64,000 bases of DNA. It comes from a virus. The notes beneath the pieces are model-generated. The model saw only the letters and a list, made by a program, of their open reading frames with translations, was not told the origin of the DNA and did no database searches. A program made the position numbers and the translations under genes. Positions within the stretch are counted from its first letter, which is position 1. Every line of letters starts with the position of its first letter. The stretch covers positions 5,909 through 69,908 of IMG/VR virus record IMGVR_UViG_3300046455_000489. One strand, given 5' to 3'. Positions 26,610-35,620 of this stretch are shown piece after piece.

Positions 26610-28741
26610 GCATCGAAAGGATCCCCAGCGGCACACCCGACCCCGAGTGGGAGCAGCTCGTCGCCGGCTACCTCAATACCCCCGTGCCCGAGCCGGCCCT
26701 GCAGTCCGCCGGCCCGGCCGCCGCGACGCCGACACTCCCCGCCGACCCGATGGGCGACACCCCCCTCGTTCCCGAATGGACGCGCACCACCGGCGGATGG
26801 AAGAGCCGCACCACCGTCGGCCGCGTCAACTCCACCCGTACCTTCCGCAAGTGGATCCGCCGCCAGAAGACCCAGCACGGGCACGGCGCCCAGACGTTCC
26901 GCGGCCTGCGCCGCACCTTCCACTGGATCCAGGGCACCGAAGGCGCACAGATCACCGCCGCCCGACACGAACTGCAGCAGACGCAGCGCGACTACAAGAC
27001 CGCCAAGTGGGCCCACGACCGGCGCCTCGTCCCCGGCAAGGAGAAGGAGAAGCGCCGCAAGGACATGGAGAAGTCGTTCGCCGAGTCCGCGTCGGCGATG
27101 AACAAGTACAAGTCGGCCCAGCGGGATGCGCGCCTGCGCCGCCTCGGTCGCGGTGCCGTCGCTCTCGGGCCGATCGCTGCCGCCGAAGGAGCCGGCCTGT
27201 CCCTCCTCGGCGGGCCCGGCGGACTCCTCGCCACCGGGGCAACCCTCCTCACCTTCGCGCTCCTCGGCCGCCGCACCGACGCGGGGGAGCTGTACACCGA
27301 CCGCGACGCGAAGATCGGCGACGGTGACCGGATGACCGACGAGATGGTCAACCGCGTCTACCGGGACGCCCGCGTCATCGCCGCCGACGACATGCTCAGC
27401 CTCGTCACCCCCTGCACGCTCACCGCCGACGGAACCGCCTGGGCCGTCGTGTTCGACCTGCCGTCCGGGGTGCCGTCCAAGAAGGCGTTCGGGGCGGCCG
27501 ACGGGATTGCGGGAGCGTTCGGTGTGTCCGTCCAGCAGATCAGCCAGCGCCGCGGCGACCGCGAAGGCCGCATCCGCCTGCGGGTCGCCCTGCGGATGCC
27601 GTTCTCCGGCGTGACTCCGCAGGGCCCGCTTCTGACCGCCGAACGGATCAACCTGTGGCGCGAGATCCCCATGGGCGTCGACCAGCGGGGCGAAGGCGTC
27701 GAGGTGTCCTGGGTCGAACGGTCTGGGCTGTTCGGTGGCGAGCCCGGATCGGGCAAGTCCGCGGCAGCCAACGACCTGCTCCTTGCCGCGGCCCTCGACC
27801 CGACCGTGTCCCTGTACCTCGCGGACGGCAAAGCCGGCGCCGACATCACCCCGTTCGAACCCATCGCCGCCATGTACGACACCGACGGCGACCCCCTCCA
27901 GATGCTCGCCATCCTCGAACACATCTGGAACGTCGAGATCCCGGAGCGGCGCGCCCTGGCCAAGGAGCACGGCTCCAGGAAGTTGACCGAGGCCATGGCC
28001 GCCGTGGATTCCCGCGTGCGCCTGGCGGTGCTCCTCGTCGACGAATGGTCGTCCTACGGTGCCGCCGCACCGCCGAAGATCCGCGAAGAGATGGAACGCC
28101 TGCTCCGCCTGATCGTCCAGCAGGGCCGAGCGCTCGGCATCATCACCCTCGCCGCCACGCAAAAGCCCGACGGCGACTCCGTCCCGACCGGCATCCGCGA
28201 CATCCTGTCGATCCGCTGGGCGATGCGCTGCCTCACCCCACAGGCCTCCGACACGATCCTCGGCCAGGGCTACGCGGCCACCGGGCACAACGCCCAGACG
28301 ATCCTCAAGTCGCAGCGCGGCGTGGGCATCCTCATGTCCGGCGAGGCCGCCGAACCGGACCTCGTCATCAGCCACTACTACGACGACGACGAGGTCGCGG
28401 CCATCCTGCGTCGGGCCCACGCCCTGCGGCAGGAGGCGGGCACCCTGCCCGTCACCGTCGAGCCCGAGATCACCATCCTCGACCACCTGATCAAGGCGGC
28501 ATCCGCGACCGGCCGCGGCGTGGTCACCCGGGCCGAACTGTTCGCCTACCTCGCCGGCGTCGACGAGCAGTACGCACGGACCGAGGGGGAGAGCGACGCC
28601 GCCTACAACGCGCGCGCCGGCCGAGCCCTCGCCGCCGCCCTCGACGCGCAAGGCGTGAGCGTCGACGCGGTGAAGGTGCCCACCGAGGACGGCGGCCGGT
28701 CCATGGGCTACCGCCTCGAAGACCTCAACGCCACCCGATAA
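26606..28741 (+). CDS. traB: TraB-type FtsK/SpoIIIE conjugal DNA translocase
   Basis: N-terminal TM pair; Walker A GEPGSGKS, LADGK, Walker B LLVDE, GRALG, ATQKP; C-terminal wHTH-like domain ending GYRLEDL. Confidence 0.88.
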   Translation: MSIERIPSGTPDPEWEQLVAGYLNTPVPEPALQSAGPAAATPTLPADPMGDTPLVPEWTRTTGGWKSRTTVGRVNSTRTFRKWIRRQKTQHGHGAQTFRGLRRTFHWIQGTEGAQITAARHELQQTQRDYKTAKWAHDRRLVPGKEKEKRRKDMEKSFAESASAMNKYKSAQRDARLRRLGRGAVALGPIAAAEGAGLSLLGGPGGLLATGATLLTFALLGRRTDAGELYTDRDAKIGDGDRMTDEMVNRVYRDARVIAADDMLSLVTPCTLTADGTAWAVVFDLPSGVPSKKAFGAADGIAGAFGVSVQQISQRRGDREGRIRLRVALRMPFSGVTPQGPLLTAERINLWREIPMGVDQRGEGVEVSWVERSGLFGGEPGSGKSAAANDLLLAAALDPTVSLYLADGKAGADITPFEPIAAMYDTDGDPLQMLAILEHIWNVEIPERRALAKEHGSRKLTEAMAAVDSRVRLAVLLVDEWSSYGAAAPPKIREEMERLLRLIVQQGRALGIITLAATQKPDGDSVPTGIRDILSIRWAMRCLTPQASDTILGQGYAATGHNAQTILKSQRGVGILMSGEAAEPDLVISHYYDDDEVAAILRRAHALRQEAGTLPVTVEPEITILDHLIKAASATGRGVVTRAELFAYLAGVDEQYARTEGESDAAYNARAGRALAAALDAQGVSVDAVKVPTEDGGRSMGYRLEDLNATR

Positions 28742-28751
28742 CAACTGGTTT

Positions 28752-28891
28752 GACCCTGGACAGTGCCTGGACGGCACGCCGTCCACCCTGGACACCCGCG
28801 CTCGACCCTGGACATCCCCGTCCAGGGTCGAACCCCCCAAGTCCAGGCACTGTCCAGGCTCCCACCTGCACAAACGCCAGCCAGTCCAGGT
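28752..28891. repeat. clt-like locus (TraB recognition repeats)
   Basis: Four CCTGGAC copies followed by four inverted GTCCAGG copies immediately downstream of traB. Confidence 0.75.
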
Positions 28892-28938
28892 CGTGTCCAC
28901 GCTCCACCCGCCCAGCCAACCCTCGCCAGGAGCCCCCA

Positions 28939-29391
28939 GTGCCCACCGAGACCAACCCCGCCATGACCGACGCGGAAGCCGCCATCGAGGCCCGCCGCAT
29001 CATCACCGACTTCGCCACCGCCTACCGAGACCACACCCCCGTCCCGCACGTCGGTGCCACCCCGCCGGTCCCGCAGCCCGGCCGCCCGCCGATGAGTCAG
29101 GGCGCTGTCGACGCGAGCACGGTGATGCTGTCCGCCGGCGTCGCCTCGCTGCCTGTCGGCGCCGTTGCCATCGGCGTGCTGCTCGCCTCCGGGCACGCAG
29201 ACCCGACCGTCATCGGCATGATCTGCGCCGCCCCCGCCGCGCTCGCCGTCCCGATCCTCGCGATCGCCCGGCTCGTCCGCGGGGCCAAGCCCGAGCCCGA
29301 CGTCCACCACCACTACAGCGGGCCCGTCGACCAGCGGCACGTCCACACGACGACCAGGGGCGTGTGGGCCAAGACCAACAACCAGCAGTAG
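28939..29391 (+). CDS. SpdD-like membrane spread protein
   Basis: AGGAG RBS; PPVPQPGRPPMSQ, two TM segments, HHHYSGPV. Confidence 0.7.
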   Translation: MPTETNPAMTDAEAAIEARRIITDFATAYRDHTPVPHVGATPPVPQPGRPPMSQGAVDASTVMLSAGVASLPVGAVAIGVLLASGHADPTVIGMICAAPAALAVPILAIARLVRGAKPEPDVHHHYSGPVDQRHVHTTTRGVWAKTNNQQ

Positions 29392-29402
29392 AAGGAGCGC
29401 AC

Positions 29403-29573
29403 GTGATCTATTACGACAAGACCGGAAGCCGGATCTACCGGCCCCTCCAGCACCGCACCCCACGGCCCGACAGCCCACCCGGCAACGAGCAACCGAACTG
29501 CGGGGCACCCGGCGGCCACCCCGAGGACCACCCGACCATCGGCCGAACGCCCGGCGACGGCACCCGCGAGTAG
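29403..29573 (+). CDS. Small hypothetical protein
   Basis: AAGGAG RBS; MIYYDKTGSRIYRP. Confidence 0.45.
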   Translation: MIYYDKTGSRIYRPLQHRTPRPDSPPGNEQPNCGAPGGHPEDHPTIGRTPGDGTRE

Positions 29574-29598
29574 GCATGCGACCTGAACCGCTCCCTGG

Positions 29599-29620
29599 CA
29601 CCCCCGGCCAGCCGGGGGTG
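29599..29620 (+). terminator. Hairpin terminator of transfer operon
   Basis: CACCCCCGGC-CA-GCCGGGGGTG. Confidence 0.6.
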
Positions 29621-29710
29621 TTCTCGTTCCGGTGGAACCTCGCCCCGACCCGTCCGTAACCTGCCCGTCCGCCGCTAGCATCCCGACTCCGTACCGTCCT
29701 TGGGGGGACC

Positions 29711-30058
29711 ATGACCAACCTGCCGCCAATGCCCACCGCGCCGCCCACGCCGCCGGCAGCGAGGAGACGCACCGGCTGGATCATCGCCGCGTCCATCGCC
29801 GCCGTGCTGGCCATCATCACGACCGTCGTGTGGATGAACGGAAGGTCCTACGACGACACCGTCGCAGCCTGCGAGAAGGCGCTCGCCGTACAGACGAAGG
29901 CAGGCGGGCAAGGGAAACCGGACGCCTGCGACGAGGTGAAGCAGGACGACTACGACGCGCTGGTCGTGGGCGCGGTCCTGAAGTACGGCATGACGCAGAA
30001 GGACCGGGACACGCTCGACTACTACGACAACGGGACGATCGACGGCAGCATTGGTTGA
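29711..30058 (+). CDS. Membrane-anchored exported protein
   Basis: Pro-rich N-terminus, one TM, Cys pair. Confidence 0.7.
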   Translation: MTNLPPMPTAPPTPPAARRRTGWIIAASIAAVLAIITTVVWMNGRSYDDTVAACEKALAVQTKAGGQGKPDACDEVKQDDYDALVVGAVLKYGMTQKDRDTLDYYDNGTIDGSIG

Positions 30059-30089
30059 GGTCAGCAGGAACGGAACCCTCAACCACAAC

Positions 30090-30119
30090 TTGACACTTCA
30101 GCCCCACCGAAGCCATGAT
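30090..30119 (+). promoter_or_regulatory. Putative late promoter
   Basis: TTGACA-N18-CATGAT. Confidence 0.7.
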
Positions 30120-30144
30120 CTGCTCAGATAGCCTTCGTGCGCTT

Positions 30145-30172
30145 TGAGGCCCACCCCAACCGGTGGGCCTCA
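30145..30172 (+). terminator. Leader hairpin after late promoter
   Basis: TGAGGCCCACC-N6-GGTGGGCCTCA perfect 11-bp stem. Confidence 0.65.
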
Positions 30173-30196
30173 GCCAATTCCCGGGGGAGGTGCACG

Positions 30197-30424
30197 ATGC
30201 CCTCAGGGCTCGTAACAGCCGCCGACGCCGCCTACTACGCCGGCGTCCCCGTCGGCACCATCTGGCGCTGGGCATCCGAAGGGCGCATCAGCCGGCACGG
30301 CCACGGCAAAGCCACCCGGTACAGCGTGTTCGAGCTCAACAAAGCCCACCGCGACGAGTGGACGCGCCAGCTCATCGAGCCCGGCAAGCCGCCACCGCTG
30401 CCCGCGGGAGCGAAGGCGGCCTGA
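30197..30424 (+). CDS. MerR/excisionase-like HTH protein
   Basis: TAADAAYYAGVPVGTIWRWASEGRI; GGAGG RBS. Confidence 0.75.
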   Translation: MPSGLVTAADAAYYAGVPVGTIWRWASEGRISRHGHGKATRYSVFELNKAHRDEWTRQLIEPGKPPPLPAGAKAA

Positions 30425-30434
30425 AAGGGGAGTC

Positions 30435-30791
30435 GTGCCCCACGTGGACCTGCTCGTAGCTGACGAGCTCCTGGATGAACTCCCCACGGCGCTGACGCTG
30501 CTGAACGCCAGCGAGGTAAGCAGGACGCCCGGCGACGACGGCATGACGGTCGTCACGCTCGATATGGTCTACGTGCCCGAGGGTGCAGAGGCCATCGAGC
30601 CCACCTTCCAGCGCACGCCCGATGGGATCCGAGTGCAGTCGATCGTCTGGCAGTTCACCGGACCCGACGCCGAAGACAACGTGCAGTGCTGGCATATCGA
30701 GCCCACCACCACCTGTGACTGGAACATCTGCCGTCAACCTGAACGCCTGGTCGCTGGCGACTACGGGAGAGACCCCAGCCGTCACCACTAG
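30435..30791 (+). CDS. Hypothetical protein
   Basis: GGGGAG RBS. Confidence 0.6.
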   Translation: MPHVDLLVADELLDELPTALTLLNASEVSRTPGDDGMTVVTLDMVYVPEGAEAIEPTFQRTPDGIRVQSIVWQFTGPDAEDNVQCWHIEPTTTCDWNICRQPERLVAGDYGRDPSRHH

Positions 30792-30802
30792 GGAGTCGTC
30801 GA

Positions 30803-31147
30803 GTGATCCGCGCCCACGTCAGCGAACCGTTCTTCGGACTCTCCAGCCTCGAAGTCGTCATCGCCGATCACCGACAAGAAGGCCGCGTCGTCGTGATGCA
30901 CCTCGACGATGACGGCCGTGTGCGCTGGGACGAACACGATCCGCAGACCCAGCCAAAGCCCACCCTGACCCTGCCCATGGACACCGGGCGTGCCCTACTG
31001 GACGCCCTCACCCAGCACTACCAGGGTGCTGAGGACAGTAGGCAGCTACGCCAGGACTATGAGCGGGAGCGCAGCCGGGTGGACGAGCAGGCCAAGGTGC
31101 TGGCCGACATCGCCCGCACCCTCGCAGCCAAGGTGCCGCAGCAGTAG
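30803..31147 (+). CDS. Hypothetical protein
   Basis: GGGAG RBS; C-terminal coiled coil. Confidence 0.65.
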   Translation: MIRAHVSEPFFGLSSLEVVIADHRQEGRVVVMHLDDDGRVRWDEHDPQTQPKPTLTLPMDTGRALLDALTQHYQGAEDSRQLRQDYERERSRVDEQAKVLADIARTLAAKVPQQ

Positions 31148-31158
31148 CGGGGGTGGCC

Positions 31159-31449
31159 ATGGCCTACAGCAAGGGTCGTGCAGGCACGGCATGGAACAGA
31201 CTGCGCGCTCAAGTCTTCGTCGAAGAAGCGGACTGCTGGATCTGCGGCAAGTGGGTCGATCAAGAGTTGCCGCGCACGCATCCCATGTCCCGCACTGTGG
31301 ACCACCTCGTGCAGCTGTCGCATGGCGGGCCGCCGCTGGATCGGGCGAACTGCCGGCTGGCGCACCGCCGGTGCAACGGCCGGAGGGCCGTGCGGCCTGG
31401 CGGGAGGTCGCCTCGGAGGTGGGTGGCAGTCGATTCGAGGGCCTTGTAG
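31159..31449 (+). CDS. Terminase-associated HNH endonuclease
   Basis: CWIC...VDHLV...GG...NCRLAHRRCN; immediately before terS. Confidence 0.85.
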   Translation: MAYSKGRAGTAWNRLRAQVFVEEADCWICGKWVDQELPRTHPMSRTVDHLVQLSHGGPPLDRANCRLAHRRCNGRRAVRPGGRSPRRWVAVDSRAL

Positions 31450-31494
31450 GTGCGATCAAGCCTATGACCTGCACAAACGTGCATGGGTATCCAG

Positions 31495-31570
31495 AATGTC
31501 CGTTTTTTAATTTGATCTTGCTTTGACCCCGCACACCCCTGAAAAATATCTCCCCCCGCAGTTTTTGCAG
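31495..31570. other. Candidate cos/packaging site
   Basis: AT-rich tracts flanking GACCCCGCACACCCC between HNH and terS, the usual position in cos phages. Confidence 0.5.
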
Positions 31571-31599
31571 AGGGCTCGATGATCTTGGGGGGAGGGGCT

Positions 31600-31995
31600 T
31601 TGAGTGAAATTCCTGCCGGTCTCGGTTCCCGTGGCTCTCGGCTCTGGCGGGATGAGACGGCCTCTGGCTCTCTGACTCCTGCGCATTCGCTGCTGCTGGA
31701 GGAGGCTTGCCGTCTCGCTGACCGGCTTGATTGGCTCAACTCGATTCTCCTGCGGGCCTGTTCGCCGGTCAAGGCGAATGACGAAGACGATGAGGGTGAA
31801 TCTCCGGCAATCGGGCCCCTTCTCGCGGAAGCCCGGCAGCAGCAGACGGCTCTTCGAGGACTTGTGGCGGAGATTCGGCAGGGCTTGAAGGGTTCGGCGA
31901 CGTCTTCGCCGTCACCGGCGGAGAGTTCGGGGGGTTCTGGTGTCTCGGACCTCACGGCGCGCATCAATGACAGGCGCGCGCAAGCCAAGGGTTGA
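31600..31995 (+). CDS. Terminase small subunit
   Basis: GSRLWR...LLEEACRLADRLD...PLLAEARQQ; upstream of TerL. Confidence 0.8.
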   Translation: MSEIPAGLGSRGSRLWRDETASGSLTPAHSLLLEEACRLADRLDWLNSILLRACSPVKANDEDDEGESPAIGPLLAEARQQQTALRGLVAEIRQGLKGSATSSPSPAESSGGSGVSDLTARINDRRAQAKG

Positions 31996-33472
31996 GCTGG
32001 CACCGCCCTACGAATACACGCTCGGGCCGGAGGCGTGCGAGCTCGCCAAGCGGGCCGGCCTGGTCCCGGATCCCTGGCAGGCGGACGCGGTCAACCTGAT
32101 GCTGGCATGCCGGGACGACGGCAAATGGGCGTGCTACGAATTCGGCGAAATCGTGGCCAGGCAGAACGGCAAGGGCTCGATCCTGGAGATCCGCGCTCTG
32201 GCTGGCCTTCTGCTGCTAGGCGAGCAGTTGATCATGTGGTCCGCTCACGAGTACAAGACCAGCATGGAGGCGTACCGGCGTTGCCGGACGCTTCTGCGGC
32301 GGCTCGGCAAGCAGGTCAATCCGAACAACGAGAACCTGTGGGACGTCGACGGCGTTCTCATCAAGTTCGTCAATACGAACGGCGAGGAAGGCTTCGAGCG
32401 CCTCGACACCGAGGCCCGCATCAAGTTCGTGGCTCGCAGCAAAGGTTCGGGCCGCGGGTTCTCCGGCGACCTCGTCATTATCGACGAGTCTTTCGCCTTT
32501 ACGGCGGAGCAGCAGGACGCGCTGATGCCCGCGATGGCGGCCCGCCCGAACGCGCAGATCATCTACACGTCGTCGCCGCCTTTGAATGGCGAGTCCGGCG
32601 AGGTCATGTTCAATCTGAAGCGCCGGGCGGATGCGGGCGGCGACGACAGTCTGGGCTGGCGGGACTGGGGGATCGAGGGCGACCTCGACCACCTCGACGA
32701 CATCGACCTGGATGACCGCCGGTTGTGGGCAGCCTCGAACCCAGCGCTCGGGATGCGACTGACGGAGGAGACGATCCTTCGCGAACGCCGCTCGATGGGA
32801 AACGCTGGCTTCGCGCGGGAACGGCTGTGTATCTGGCCGAAGATCTCGCAGGGCAACACGGTCATCGACACGGCGGCCTGGGCGCGGCTGGCGGATCCGG
32901 GCTCGCAGCGCGACCGAGAAGCAGGCGTGGCGGTCGGCGTCGACATCAGTCCCCTGCGGGACTACGCGGCGGTGTGCGTGTACGGGCTGCGCGAGGACGG
33001 TCTGGGGCATACGCAGGTCGCGGACTACCGGCCGGGCACGAAGTGGCTGGTACCGCGGCTGGTCGAGCTGCGGGAGGCGCTCGGTCCGGTGTCGGTGGCG
33101 ATGGGGCGGGGCACGTTCGCGTTCCTGGACACCGACCTGGACAAGGCTGGATTCCAGCGGCCGGACGATCTGGAGGTTCCGGAGTCTGGCGATCTGGCGG
33201 TGACGAACGCGGTCGATATGGCTGCCGCGGCTGGCCAGCTGCTGGAGGCGGTGCGCGAGGAGTCGTTCCGTGTCGTTCCGAACCGGCATCTGGATGTGGC
33301 GGTCGCGTCGGCGAAGACGCGGCAGACCGGCGACACGATCGCGTGGACGGTGAAGGGCGTTGAGGGCGACATCAGCCTGCTTGTGGCGATGACGCTGGCC
33401 CGCTGGTCCTACGTGACCCGGTCGCATCTGCTTGAGGGCAGCCAGTACGACGTTCTGCAGTCGATCTGTTAG
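31967..33472 (+). CDS. Terminase large subunit
   Basis: PWQ, VARQNGKG, VIIDE, YTSS, ASNPALG, VGVD. Confidence 0.93.
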   Translation: MTGARKPRVELAPPYEYTLGPEACELAKRAGLVPDPWQADAVNLMLACRDDGKWACYEFGEIVARQNGKGSILEIRALAGLLLLGEQLIMWSAHEYKTSMEAYRRCRTLLRRLGKQVNPNNENLWDVDGVLIKFVNTNGEEGFERLDTEARIKFVARSKGSGRGFSGDLVIIDESFAFTAEQQDALMPAMAARPNAQIIYTSSPPLNGESGEVMFNLKRRADAGGDDSLGWRDWGIEGDLDHLDDIDLDDRRLWAASNPALGMRLTEETILRERRSMGNAGFARERLCIWPKISQGNTVIDTAAWARLADPGSQRDREAGVAVGVDISPLRDYAAVCVYGLREDGLGHTQVADYRPGTKWLVPRLVELREALGPVSVAMGRGTFAFLDTDLDKAGFQRPDDLEVPESGDLAVTNAVDMAAAAGQLLEAVREESFRVVPNRHLDVAVASAKTRQTGDTIAWTVKGVEGDISLLVAMTLARWSYVTRSHLLEGSQYDVLQSIC

Positions 33473-33477
33473 GGGGC

Positions 33478-34908
33478 GTGATGGCGTTCGGACGGTGGTT
33501 CCGTCGCGCTCCGCATAGGGCTGCAGCGGATGACGCCGGGCCAGTTCTGGTCGGCGATATCTGGATGGATGGGCGGGGTCACACGGCGAGTAGTTGGCGG
33601 GCGACCGCGCGCGCGACGTGGGGCCGACGGCTCGGCCTCGTGGCGCGCGGATTCCGTCAGACCGGTGCGTGGCTCGTCGGGGTCGAGACTCGGTCGGGAG
33701 TGGAGAAGCGCTCGATCGACTCGGTGCCGTGGGGGCACGGCGGTGGCGTCACTGGCGGATCTGTCAGTGTCGACCGCGTGCTGCGACTGGCTCCTGTGTA
33801 CGCGGCTGGACGGCTCCTGGCGTCCAACATTGCGGCGGCCCCGCTGCGGCAGTTCCGGGACTCGGGCGGCACGGTCCAGCCGTTGCCGCTGTCCAGCCTC
33901 TTCGCGAATCCGTCAGTGCAGGGCAACTTCAACGACTGGATCTGGCGAGCGGTCCTGTCGATGGTGTACCGGGGCAATGCCGTCGGCTACGTCACCGCGA
34001 GGGACTACTACGGCTACCCGACAATGATCGAGTGGCTGCCCCTGGACTGGGTTCAGGTCATCGACTCGATGCCGTCCGGGCCCGGCTCGTTCGTCAACCC
34101 GATCTGGTACATCCGCGGCAACCAGGTCGACGCCACGGACATCGTGCACATCCCGTGGTTCCCGCTGCCGGGCAGGGTGCTCGGGCTCAGCCCGATCGGT
34201 GCGTTCGCCTCGATGGCGACGACGAACCTGGCCGCGCAGGAGTACATGGAGGCGTGGCATGCCACCGGGGGTGTTCCGCCCGGCACCTTCAAGAACGTTA
34301 CGCAGACGGTGGACCAGGCGGATGCTGCGGTCATCAAGGCGCGGCTGATGGATGCGATCCGCACCCGCCAGCCGATCGTGTACGGCAAGGACTGGGACTA
34401 CAGCCCGATCACCGTGCCCGCCTACGAGGCGCAGTTCATTGCGACACTGAAGCTCGGTGCGACGCAACTGGCGGCGATCTACGGGGTTCCGCCCGAACTG
34501 ATCGGCGGCGAGACCGGCGGGTCGATGTCCTACAGCAGCCCGGAGCAGCGAGAGATCGAACTGATCCAGCTGACGCTGCTGCCGTGGATGAGCAAGCTGG
34601 AGTCGCACCTGTCGATGCTGACCCCCCGCGGGCAGTGCGTGCAGTTCGACGCGGACAAGCTGATCCGACTGGACCCGCTGACCCGCTGGACGATCTACGA
34701 GAAGCAGCGGCTCATCGGTGGCGCGAACATCGACGAGATTCGCAACAGGGAGAGCATGCCGCCACTGCCGGACAGCCAGGGGCAGGACTACACGCCGCTG
34801 CCCATCGCGGCCGGCGTGAACATCACCCCGCCGGCGATCCGCGGCCACAGCGATCAGGACCTGGACCGGCTGAGGCTGGTCCGCAGGGAAGGCAGCGGAA
34901 ATGGCTGA
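33478..34908 (+). CDS. HK97-family portal protein
   Basis: RGNAVG, IVHI, GLSPI, AAIYGVPPELIG, IDEIRNRESMPP. Confidence 0.92.
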   Translation: MMAFGRWFRRAPHRAAADDAGPVLVGDIWMDGRGHTASSWRATARATWGRRLGLVARGFRQTGAWLVGVETRSGVEKRSIDSVPWGHGGGVTGGSVSVDRVLRLAPVYAAGRLLASNIAAAPLRQFRDSGGTVQPLPLSSLFANPSVQGNFNDWIWRAVLSMVYRGNAVGYVTARDYYGYPTMIEWLPLDWVQVIDSMPSGPGSFVNPIWYIRGNQVDATDIVHIPWFPLPGRVLGLSPIGAFASMATTNLAAQEYMEAWHATGGVPPGTFKNVTQTVDQADAAVIKARLMDAIRTRQPIVYGKDWDYSPITVPAYEAQFIATLKLGATQLAAIYGVPPELIGGETGGSMSYSSPEQREIELIQLTLLPWMSKLESHLSMLTPRGQCVQFDADKLIRLDPLTRWTIYEKQRLIGGANIDEIRNRESMPPLPDSQGQDYTPLPIAAGVNITPPAIRGHSDQDLDRLRLVRREGSGNG

Positions 34909-35620
34909 CCAGCGCACCAACCCACCAAGCGCCGTTGGAGGCACCGTGGAGATCGAACGCCGGTACACCTCCGGCGACACAGGCAAGGCCGAACTGCGCG
35001 CCGACGGCGAGAAGCGCCGCATCGGCGGCTACGCGGCCGTGTTCAACCGGCAGTCCCGCAACCTGGGCGGCTTCATCGAGGTCGTTGACCCGGTGGCCTT
35101 CAACCAGGCCCGCGGCGACGGCTGGCCGGACGTCATCGCCCGCTACAACCACGACGACAACCAGCTCCTGGGCACGACTGCGGCTGGGACACTTCGGATG
35201 GGCCTGGACAGCTACGGCCTCACCTACGAGGTGGACCCGCCCACGTCGATGGCGCACGTGACGGAGCTGGTGCAGCGCGGCGACGTCCGCAAGAGCTCGT
35301 TCGCGTTCCGCACAGTGAGCGACGACTGGGCCACCACCGATCAGGGCTATCCACTGCGCCGCCTGACGGGCGTCCAGCTCGTCGACGTCGCACCGGTGAA
35401 CGTGCCCGCCTATCCGGACAGCACGGCGGGACTTCGCTCGCTGGCGAACCGGTTCGAGGCGGACTTCGAGGAGGTCCGCTCGATGGCGCGGGAGGACGAG
35501 CTGCGGAAGTTCTTCGTCCGCACCGACGGGCCGCAGCCCAAGAAGCCTGCCCGCAGGGGCATGTTCGGCCCGGCCGCTGCTGCGGCGCTTCTGGCCCGCA
35601 GGGAAGACCCCTACGTCTGA
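34901..35620 (+). CDS. HK97-family prohead protease
   Basis: IGGYAAVFN, YNHD, SSFAF, PAY. Confidence 0.92.
   Translation: MADQRTNPPSAVGGTVEIERRYTSGDTGKAELRADGEKRRIGGYAAVFNRQSRNLGGFIEVVDPVAFNQARGDGWPDVIARYNHDDNQLLGTTAAGTLRMGLDSYGLTYEVDPPTSMAHVTELVQRGDVRKSSFAFRTVSDDWATTDQGYPLRRLTGVQLVDVAPVNVPAYPDSTAGLRSLANRFEADFEEVRSMAREDELRKFFVRTDGPQPKKPARRGMFGPAAAAALLARREDPYV

Larger units (their letters stand above)
19892..30058. mobile_element. AICE/plasmid-derived conjugative transfer module (kor, rep, xis-like, spd, traB, clt)
   Basis: GntR-UTRA repressor, FtsK TraB, Spd-like membrane proteins and repeat locus, lying between phage early and late operons. Confidence 0.8.

Noticed and set aside
28752-28891. 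Possible CRISPR array
   Set aside because: Repeats are 7-10 bp, irregularly spaced and in both orientations, and no cas genes are present; clt fits better.
26231-28900. 889-aa minus-strand ORF, and similar long antisense ORFs (35611..37794, 44455..46224, 45321..47639, 15284..16870)
   Set aside because: Antisense shadows of GC3-rich real genes (traB, capsid, tape measure); no motifs or RBS.
19892-30058. Independent AICE or plasmid accidentally nested in the prophage
   Set aside because: No integrase, RepSA/RepAM or flanking att direct repeats found by eye, and it sits cleanly between a terminator and the late promoter. Not fully excluded without comparative data.
33478-33710. Basic ~75-aa N-terminal extension on the portal as a separate function
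   Set aside because: Start codon uncertain and no motif; cannot be supported from sequence alone.
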